Assembly (NCBI GenBank): GCA_028534125.1
Contig: CM052817.1
Coordinates: 54,872,001-54,936,000 of the forward strand
Reading direction: 5' to 3'
DNA: 64,000 nt
Source: Lama glama
Lineage: Eukaryota
Shown here: one piece after another, positions 54,721-64,000 of the stretch
Layout of the letters: each line of letters begins with the position of its first letter
Position numbering within the stretch: the first letter of the stretch is position 1
Program-made: the position numbers and the translations under genes
The notes under the pieces: model-generated
Told to the model about the DNA's origin: nothing
Database searches by the model: none
Seen by the model: only the letters and a program-made list of their open reading frames with translations

Positions 54721-55885
54721 GCACCTCATCCCCCTCCCTTTCCTACCTTATTTTTTATAAGACAAGACATTCTGGGTAGGTATACTTGGCCCTGGGTATA
54801 CATCAGACCTCCTTTCACAACAGAATCAATCCTTATGTATAACCAAAGGTGTCTGGCATCTAATTTTAATGCTAATGTATAAGGAAATGCTTGCTCTCTG
54901 ATAACTATTGGAGATGTCGGCTATGTCAAAGAAAATCTTATTTGGACTTTCTTAAATATGGTTTGAATGGATAACTTTGAAAGGACTTGTGCATTTCAAC
55001 TCTGGTATTTAGAGTTTCCTCAGCAAAACTGTATGACAGAATGTCCAAAAATATTCTAAGAATTCTGAAAGTAAAAATGAATGACCTCTGTCTTGAGTAG
55101 TCTTTCCAGGAAAACAGACTGTGAAATGGAGATTTGCATGCCTGTAGTTTACTAGGGGATGTTCTCAGATCAACTCCCACTAAAAAGGGAAGAGACTGGG
55201 ATGAGGGGAGGTTGTAATGTTCTACAGGAAACTCTGAATCTGAGATGTCCTTGTTTTAGGCAAAGTGATCTAGATTTCATACCCCTGTATTGACTGGACA
55301 CAAATGACAACTGCCCATGGGAAGAGGAGAGAGCCTCGAGTGTGGCAGTTTCCTTTAGTGGAAGGCAGTTTTGGGAAAGTGAATGCCTTAGCCCTAAGGA
55401 TTATCTGGGAGGAATGCCATAGCATTTACTGTAATTCACCCTTTGCACCACTAAGACCCATTTGCTTCATGTAATCAACTGATCCCATCTTTGAAGGGAT
55501 TCTCAGGAATTCTGATTTTTCCCTATTCCTGGGGAAAGTAACAGGAGAAAGGTTAATAGGACAAACTATAAACCACCCACTGTATTTAGTCTTAGGACTG
55601 GAACTGATCTCATCTTTTCTCTACTGCTCATTCTTTGTTTAGAAACTCTGATGGTTTTAGGTGACTTACCTAGTGGGGCGATCCAGACCCTCATCCCTAA
55701 AAGTTCTCCACCCTTACTCATCATGCCTTTTTCAGGCTGTATCCACTATATTTGTCAATTTATGATAAAATCTGGGCAGGGGAATACCCATAGAAGACAC
55801 CATGGATCACCTCCCTGGCAAACATATTCTTTCTTGGCCCCATGGTATAATAGGAACATATCTTCTCCTGACAGTTCTGGTCACA

Positions 55886-55940
55886 AGGAATGAATTTCAA
55901 CTCAGACCCTGTATGCAGCAGTCCTTGAAATGTCAGGGTA
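55886..55940 (-). pseudogene. ERV-L protease active-site remnant (LLDTG changed to LLHTG)
   Basis: Manual translation TLTFQGLLHTGSELKFIP. Confidence 0.75.
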
Positions 55941-56689
55941 TTATTCTCTGCTCAAGTTCCTTTTAATCTATGCACACTTTACATGGATAAATGATCATAG
56001 GTCCCACTGGGGAAGGCATGCAAGGTTATGACCTTGCATGTTTGCCATAGCCTTGCAGGTCCTTGTTCTTGGGGAATCTGGTCTCTCAGGCAATGGGTTC
56101 CAAGCCTGACTGGCTAAGGTCTTCCAACTTTTTTGAGGATCAGCTGTTCTAAGCTCCTGGTATTCAACCTTGATTTCTTACAGAATGAGTAACATCTTTG
56201 CTGCCTTTCTATTTCGTGCCTAGGGTTGTTCTGTACCTAGTAATCATTTCCATTGCTCTGTGTCTAAGACTCCCCTGGCTACCATCTGACATGGCCACTC
56301 AGCCAACACTTAGGCTCAACAATTGTGCCTTTACTTGGCCTCTACTGTGAGGGGACTCAATTCTGTAATAGCATCATCTACTCTCATCCCTGGCCTACAG
56401 AGGACAGCCCCTATTGTGATTACCAGTAAAGCTGGTGTGCTCTCCCTAGAGCATTCTTTATTGCTGTAGTAAATGGAGTGTCCTCTGGATTCTCTTACTG
56501 ATGTTAGTCAGTTTGTGGATTTTCTGACATTATGCTATGTATCTACTCTAGTACATTAGCTTCTCTAAGCCAACGATCTCTTCTTTTACTCTCCATCAAG
56601 GCAGTTCTGGCATTTCTGCTTTACACAGGGTAGGTCATCAATCACTGCTGCTTTCAAGAGCCACCCTAGATTTGCATTAGCACAGTTTC

Positions 56690-56825
56690 CTGGGACCCTA
56701 TCAGGGCATTAAATCCCATATTGTGGGAGAGTGCTCCCATATTGATAAGGTATCACTTAGCCAGTTTTATATACCACTTTCCTTGATCCAGCACACTTAG
56801 GGTCAGTTCCCAAGCATATTCCCTC
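56690..56825 (-). pseudogene. ERV-L gag (capsid) remnant with in-frame stop
   Basis: Manual translation EYAWELTLSVLDQGKWYIKLAK*YLINMGALSHNMGFNAL resembles the ERV-L gag motif WEWILRVxDxGGRNIKLDQAEFIDMGxLSRDSxFN. Confidence 0.8.
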
Positions 56826-58264
56826 TACTCTGCTGGTACCTGTTATACAGTTTCTTTTAGGTTATAATCACTTTTCTTTCTTAACATATCTGACATTTTC
56901 CTGACCAAATTATATTGCCACTTAATTCTAGTGGTGACTTATTGGTCAAACGGCCAGGATAAAAGATGAGGCTAGAGCCTGAGGGGAGTGGCATATTGTC
57001 TGTCAAGGCAGGGGCCTCTGAATCAACTTAATGGAAGGAGGGAATGCTAGTTTAAGCGAGAGAAGTGGGTCACGTCTGTAAGCCCAGAGGGTTCAGAGGA
57101 ACCCAGACTTTCAAAAACTTTGAGTGCAGTAATCCTGAGGTTCCTATCCCAAACCTGATGGTCTCCCTACTTCCTAGTCAGACTCATTTGATTAGCTTTA
57201 GTACCCTTATAACAAAATTTGGGGCAAGATCTTGCATTTTCTCTGTTCTCTGGTTGCTGGATTGTAGTCCCTTTAATAAGCTCCCAAGGGGACCATGTCA
57301 CCCTCATATTTTACCTTGTGTTGGTGAGTGATCACCTTTTATTGTCCTCCAAAATACATATATATACATATATATCCCTCCAATATAATCACCAATTTCC
57401 ACAGTTATTATGAGTAACTTTTTCCCCCAAGTCTCACAAACACCTTAGATATTCTATCCGCCAGCGCATTCCTTTATAGGTGTAGCATACCAATTCATCC
57501 GCCATGAGAGCGTCCACAGTTTCAACACACCTGCAAGCCAAAGGCAGTCAGTGCTCCTCTGACCAGTGAGCTGGTCTTCGTTGCTAGCTGACTGACTGGA
57601 AATCCAGGTTCCAAAAGCCAGTTTAGAATCTGCTTCCTAAGGTAACTCTTGGCACCAAATGTAGGTCAGATTCCCTAGAAATCAGAAACAAGAAGTAGCT
57701 GGATTATTGCAGTGTACTCCCAGTAACAACACTTGTGAGAGATTGAGAGAGGCAAGATTGAAATGAGAGAATTTAAACTTTGATACAAAGGAAACAAGCT
57801 TCAGCCAATTCCCCTGGGAGCACTGAAGTTGGTATTGTTTTTTTTACAGTGATGTTCTGCATTCAATAGTCAGAGGCAAGCTGCCCTCAAGATAAGGCAT
57901 ATCCTTGGAGGAGGCAACTCTGCTGGCCAGGGAAATTCATAGCTGTGAGCTGTTAGCCTGCAGCTCTCCCAGAAGCTGAGGGAATGAATGTCAGTCTGAA
58001 GGGGTCGTCTGGGCAGTGCAGTACAGCATCTGCTGTCTGATCTCTTGCAGTTTTACAATACAGCAGAATAAAACTTATTTCCATGGGGGAAAATATAACA
58101 TAATAAGGCAATATAGTGAAATGTAGTACTTCCAGTCCATATGGTAATACTATACTGAATAAAACATTTATAATTCTCAAATAATATACCTACAAAAATT
58201 TTAATTTGTTGATTAAAGATTTCCTCTTTTCCATTCATCTGGTTTTTAAAGAATATTGAGGTAA

Positions 58265-58742
58265 TATCAATTATCATGCTTTCAGCTGCCGGTAATAGAG
58301 TATCCAGAAAGCGACTTAAATAATGTAGATGTCACTTAGCAGTGAAGTGTAAGCAAGCATTTTAGAGGGTTAGTTCAGAATCTCAGCATATCATCAGGAA
58401 GCTAGGGCCTTCTGTATTTTCACCCTGTTCTTGGTGACACTGCAAGCATTGCACCCTGACGAAAGTGAGTCACACACGCGGAAATGAAGTGGGTGCGGGA
58501 AAATGCTTGCCCTTCTCTCCATTTATGTTACAGATAAAAAAATTCCTAAGCTCCTTATGCTCATTGCCCAGAAATTTTTCACTTGATTACTCCTAGAACG
58601 TCAAAGAAGGGTGAGATTACTACAGCTGGCTTAAACCAACTGATTAACTGCTTGGAACAGGGCATACTGTTTCCCACACCAACTAAATCAGTAACTATAA
58701 GGAAGTGAAAAACGGAAATGGTTGTTGGATAGGCAACTGATT
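58265..58742 (-). mobile_element. MLT1J/K-like MaLR LTR
   Basis: 'atgctttcagctgc..gtaataga...cttaaataa' and 'aatggttgttggataggcaact'. Confidence 0.65.
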
Positions 58743-60534
58743 TTTTTTTTTTTTTGGTTTGTTTCACCATAGTTACTGTAGGAGAATCAAGCTGATGTGT
58801 AAATCAGGATGTGGAGGATGAGATGTTCACATTTAAGGAATGATAGAAGAGTGAGCGTGATTGTATTAAACAACATTTTATTAACTCGCACAGGAACAAT
58901 TTTTTAAAATGCTGTAGAAAACATTGCTTCAGGAGAATCTGAGTAAACCTAGTGTCTTGGTAATCATTATACGACATATTTATTATTTTGCATCAATATA
59001 CTCTTACTTTGTCATCATTTCAGTGTATGGCAGGTAAATCAGTATGTCAACTGAAAAGGATGACAAGCAAATGTTCACTTCGATACTCTTTTTCTCCTTA
59101 AGTATTCAAAACATTCTGTTATTTCAGGAAGATGATGGAGTCTATAGTTCATTCCTGAGAGCACACTTTTTTGTTTTTCTCTGTCCTACAACACCCACAC
59201 ACACAGACACTGGGCTGCTGCCCTTTGATAGACATAGTCTTCAGCTAGGGCATGTACAGTTTAAAAGAATTACTTTCAAATGTATTTATGAATGCCTGAA
59301 TCTGATGTCTACTTCTTTAACTTCTCTCTCACCCTCTTCTTATGGCTATCTTACACAACTTAGTTTGGCTTTCTGCCAGTCAAATTACATAAGCCTGGAG
59401 CATTTTGGCCTCTGTCCTCTAACAACTCTCTGCTCTTTTAACATTGTTCCTCATTCTTACTTCTTTGCCTTTGGTTATCTGCTTTGGTAACTAAAGCAAC
59501 ACTCACTTGAGTGTGACTGCAGGTTTCTCACCCGTGGCTCCTTCTCAGTTCAGCTTGCCAACTGAGCAGTCTAGAGGTTCAAGTTCAACATCTTTTACTC
59601 TAAGATTTTAAAGATTTTTCCCCCTACATTTAAACTTTTTAACAAATAATCTAAAATTTTAAACATTAAACAAATATTCAGAAAAAATGTTTTTCCATAA
59701 GAAAATTTCTCCAAACGAGAAATCTACATACATTTAAACTTCAGTCTATATGTTTTTAAATAAAAAGTGATTGTTATTTAATATGTAAATTTTTTTCTCC
59801 TTCCATGGTAACGTTTTGAGAAAATACTCTACAATGTTATATTTTTTGAAGGGATTGGTTAATGATTAATTTTCATCTCACAATATTAAGATTTAAATGT
59901 CCATATGGGTATATCATATATAATCTGAATAGTGATTAATATAAAGTTTTTAAAATTTAAAATATTGCCATATTTTAATTCATACACTACTTTATTCATT
60001 ACCTATCCATGAGTTAAATATTGGGAACACAAAAAAGAAATGTAATATTAAGTGCAAATTAGGGTGGAAGTTTCTGTAATGAAAAATCATGTATCAATCT
60101 GCATTCCACTCAAGTAGACTTCCACCAATTTAAGTTTATGAAATAATCAATTATTTCCACAAAGACAGGATATAGTTGCAATAGCTGTAGCAATTTACTC
60201 TTGCAAAGCATTATGATTATTTTCATTAAAACAAATTGATTCTGTATTTTTTTTTCTGAAGATCAATGTGAATCATTGAAGATTTATAGGCAAGAGTAAC
60301 ATAATCAGCTAAGCTATTCCTGTGGTATGGCAGAGCAGAGGAGTGGCAGGCTAAGGAGAACAGGGAACAGCATTACTCCAGCAATGGCCAGATAATCCAC
60401 AGCCTCGGTGCCTGAGAGGTGCCTAAGATAGCCTTAAATTGCACAGTTTCAGAGGAAGACTAGCAAGTTGAGGGAGTCCAGCCATCAATATAGGTATACC
60501 GCAGTGACTTGGGGCACGGATAAATGGAGCTGAT

Positions 60535-60712
60535 GCACAGTACAGGCACTAGAGTCAGATGACTCAGGTTTGTGCCCAGCTCTCCACTAACTTGATCTGT
60601 GACCTAAGAGGGTATGACTCTCTAAGCCTCTGTTTACTCATCTACAAAATAAAAAGAACTGGAGTAGGCACCCCGTTGGCCATCACTCATAAAGTGATGA
60701 AGATTAAATTAG
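60535..60712 (+). mobile_element. MIR
   Basis: 'gcactagagtcagatgactcaggtttg...cccagctctccact...tgtgacct...tctctaagcctctgttt..tcatctacaaaat'. Confidence 0.8.
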
Positions 60713-61354
60713 ATTAAACCAGGGATCCTTATAATGACATTGGGAAGAAACTTCATCATTGTTGTTTTAAAGATTCACTTATTTCATGCCTTGCATCCTG
60801 TTCCATGAAGTGAAATTTTTTACTGAAACAAATGTGATCAAAGTTTTTCATGTCTTTTGTATGCTTCCTTGTATTTCTTGTATTTCTGTTCTGCTTTCTC
60901 CTCCTTTATCTACAAAAACATCTTTCCTTAAGTTGTAAATTTTGCATATAAAAACTGATATATTCTGATACATTAATACCAATTCTGGAAATCTGACCTG
61001 TAATCTTGAAAGGATAGATATACAGGTGGAACAATTACGACACGCTTCACAGTTACTTTGAAACTGTTCAATATTGTTACTGCATTAGCTATTTCAACTT
61101 AATTTTTACAAATTATTAGTTTCCTTAATTTTCAAGCTTGTTTCAGTCATAGTTCTCAGCATCTGATAATTTGATTTTATTTAATTAAACATATTTAATT
61201 CATAATTAATATCTATGATTCTTTGTTTTCAAATGTAGCTTATCAAGTTCTCCTTGAAATACTGTTTTAATGTACTTCACAAAAAACATTATTTTAATGA
61301 TTTCTCAGAGCATCGTAATAGATAAAACCTTGTGTATTCTTTCTTTTTAGTCTC

Positions 61355-62345
61355 TAGTATCCCTATTTGATTCTTAGAATTTCCATCTCTCTGCTTATTT
61401 TACCCATTTATTCTTGCATGTTATCTACTTTCTCCATTAGAGACCTTAGCACACTAATGATAGTTGTTTTAAATTCATGGTCTGATAATTTAAAAATAAC
61501 TGCCATATCCCAGTTTGATTCTAATGCTTGCATCATCTCTTCAAATTTTGCTTTTTGCTTTTTAGTGTGCCTTGTGATTTTTTTGTTGAAAGCCAGACAC
61601 GATATACTCAGTAAAATAATATTGGTAAACAGCCCTTTAGTAATGTGCTGTTCTGGTGTGGGGGAAGGGAAACACTATACATTCCTATGCTTACATCTCA
61701 GTCTTTTAGTGAGCCCCTGCCACTGGGCTGTGAACTTCACAAGTGCTTTCAGTTTAGTCTCCCCTCTTTGTGCCTCCCTCCCCACCACCATTTGGTGGGA
61801 CAGGATTGCTAGAGAGGACTGGAGTTCCATATTTCTTTTCCTCTATGTTTAGTTAGGCTTAGACAGAATTCCAACATGTGAAGTTCTGGCAAAATAGCTT
61901 CTCTTGAGGGCAGGTCTTGTTAGAAGAACAGCGTGCCCTGGTGCCTTTCCAAACGGTTACTTTTTCTCACCTACTGCTGGAATCACAAGGGAAATTTTTC
62001 TCCAGTCTTCACCAAGAGAAGCTGGTAGATATTCTAGAGATGCAACTCACAAAAGTGTGGAGCTCCCCCTATGACTAGTACCCCCTGGAGGTTTTAACTT
62101 TTAGAATTGTCTACACTGAGCCTCCAGCAATTTGTCAGTTACAATTTAGATTTTCCTGCCCTGGTACTGGGTTATCCCAGATGTTTATGCTTGTGAGTTT
62201 CTTCTCTGGTAGGTTGTATTTCTCTGTATTCACCTATCTGCCTCTCCAATTTGGGGGGGTGGGAGGGGTGGACAGGACAGTAGTCTACCCTGTAACCTAA
62301 CTTCTCAGGTGGATCTAAGAAGTGTTGATTTTTAAGGTTTTTTTT
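61355..62345 (-). mobile_element. Old L1 (L1MC/MD-like) 5'/ORF1-proximal fragment
   Basis: 'atttccatctctctgct...tgcatgttatctactttctccattagagaccttagca...tagttgttttaaattc'. Confidence 0.7.
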
Positions 62346-62353
62346 TTTTTACT

Positions 62354-62388
62354 ACATTACATTACATTCATTACATTCTCATTACATT
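62354..62388. repeat. (CATTA)n pentanucleotide repeat
   Basis: Read directly. Confidence 0.8.
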
Positions 62389-62593
62389 CTGGACAGGAAA
62401 TGGAAGTCTGTTATTTTCTTTATAGATCAGTTATGATGACTCATTTGGAGCTATTGCATGAATGGAGTTAAGGTAATAAGGAAAAACTGAAGTTAGTCTG
62501 ACTGAAAAACATAAACCTGAAAGGAATCTGCTGGATGATGATATAGAAGACAAGATGGTGAAGATCCAGGGAATGTTTAAAGTAAAAGGATTA

Positions 62594-63730
62594 CATTCCT
62601 GACAAAAACTCTTAACAAATTACATATAGAATAAATCTACCTCAATATATTAAAGTCCATATATGACAAGTGCACAACCGACATCATACTCAAGAGTGAA
62701 AGGTCGAAACTTTTCCTGTAAGATCAGGAACAAGACAGGGGTGCCCACTCTAACTACTCCTGTTCAACATAGTACTAGCAGTCCTAGACAGTCCCAGACA
62801 GTTACTCAAGAAAAAGAAATAAAGGACATCAAAACTAGTAAGGAAGAAGTAAAATTGTTTCTATTTGCAGATGGTGTGATTCTATATATAGAAAATCCTA
62901 AAGATTCCACAAAAATCTGCTAAATCTAGTCAAACTCAGTAAAGTTGCAGAATACAAAAGTACCATAAAAAATCAGTAGCTTTTCTATACACTAAAAATG
63001 AACTATATGAAAAATAAATAGAGAAAATAATCCCATTCACAATAGCATCAAAAACCATAAAATACTTAGGAATACATTTAACCAAGGAAATGAAAGACTT
63101 TTATACTGAAAACTATAAAACGTTGCTGAAAGAAATTGAAGAGATACAAATAAATGAAAAGCTATTCATAGATTGGAAGAACATTGTTAAAATCTCCATA
63201 CTACCCAAAGATATTTATAGATTGAAAGGAACCCCTATTAAGATTCCAATAGTTTTTTTTAAAGAAACATGAAAAACAACTCTAAAATTTCTATGGGCCC
63301 AGAAAAGATCTTGAATAACCAAAGCAACCCTGAGTAAGGACAAAGCAGGAAATGTCAATAATTCTATAGTAATCAAAACTGTATGGTACTGGCAAAAAAC
63401 AGACACATGGACTAATGGAATGGAATCAAAAGCTCAGAAATAAAACCATGCATGTATGTTCAACTAATATTTTACATGGGAACCAAGAATACTCATTGCA
63501 GAAAATGTAGTGACTTCAGTATATGGTGCTGGGAAAATTGGATATTCATATCTAAAAGAATGAAGCTAGACCCTTAACTTGTACCACTCATAAAAGTAAT
63601 TTAAAATGGATTATTAAACACTTAAATGTAACCATAAAACTAAATAAAAGAAAAATATAAGGCATTATACTGTACATCTTAAAACTTATACCCTGCTATA
63701 TGTTATTTATATCTAAATAAAACTGAAAAA
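62594..63730 (+). mobile_element. 5'-truncated, internally deleted LINE-1 with perfect 15-bp TSD
   Basis: RT motif LFADGVILYIENPKDS; TSD aaagtaaaaggatta at 62579-62593 and 63731-63745; TTT/AAAG site. Confidence 0.92.
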
Positions 63731-64000
63731 AAAGTAAAAGGATTAGAAGGAATATGAGGACACTTCAGGCATGACACTTATTGTGTTGTTTACATACATG
63801 ATTCGTGTGTGTGTGTGTTTATATACTGGATCAGAATATAAAATATACTTTTTATAGATTGTGACTAAGAAGTTTGAAGTTACTAGAATAAGTTATATAT
63901 TAAAATTTTTCTATTTAATTAACTTCCAGGTCAGAAATAATTTAAAGACATTTTTATTACAAAGTAACAGAATAATATATCCAAAAGGAACTTCACATGA

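Larger units (their letters stand above)
55089..58039 (-). mobile_element. Internally deleted ERV-L provirus (LTR16-family LTRs at 55089-55433 and 57660-58039; ERV3-16A3-like internal region)
   Basis: Two related LTRs in the same orientation; PBS-like TGGTGCCAAGAGT (minus strand, 57645-57657); PPT-like AAAGGGTGAAT next to the 3' LTR; gag and protease remnants; near-TSD acctc/atctc. Confidence 0.85.

Noticed and set aside
56100..57500. Possible domesticated Fv1-like gag gene
   Set aside because: In-frame stop in the capsid motif and no long minus-strand ORF in the track.
59044..59490. 148-aa ORF
   Set aside because: T-rich low-complexity sequence with no recognisable family or exon structure.
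61367..61852. 161-aa hydrophobic ORF
   Set aside because: T-rich antisense strand of an old L1 with a TTG start; no recognisable domain.

Overview
This is AT-rich, CpG-depleted mammalian nuclear DNA made up mostly of decayed transposable elements. The younger L1 3' UTRs look like those of artiodactyls, most likely camelids (alpaca/camel); this is inferred from sequence recognition and from seeing no Alu, BovB/Bov-tA, PRE-1, CHR-2 or CanSINE. I found no credible protein-coding exon, RNA gene, CRISPR array or prokaryote-type system. The listed ORFs are LINE-1 or ERV fragments, or chance ORFs. The window holds about 14 LINE-1/HAL1 pieces of different ages (three with recognisable TSDs, several nested), an ERV1-type solo LTR with a 4-bp TSD inside an L1, an internally deleted two-LTR ERV-L provirus (LTR16/ERV3-16A3-like; PBS, gag, dead protease motif, PPT), a deleted MaLR provirus, several MaLR/MLT2 solo LTRs, MIR/L2/CR1 relics, DNA-transposon remnants, microsatellites and a 500-N gap. 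The best lead is a young L1 5' UTR (intact CpGs, YY1 site) that runs into the gap and may hide a full-length recent L1. I do not see evidence for a new biological system. Subfamily names come from memory of consensus sequences and need Dfam/RepeatMasker confirmation, and the boundaries of old elements are approximate.
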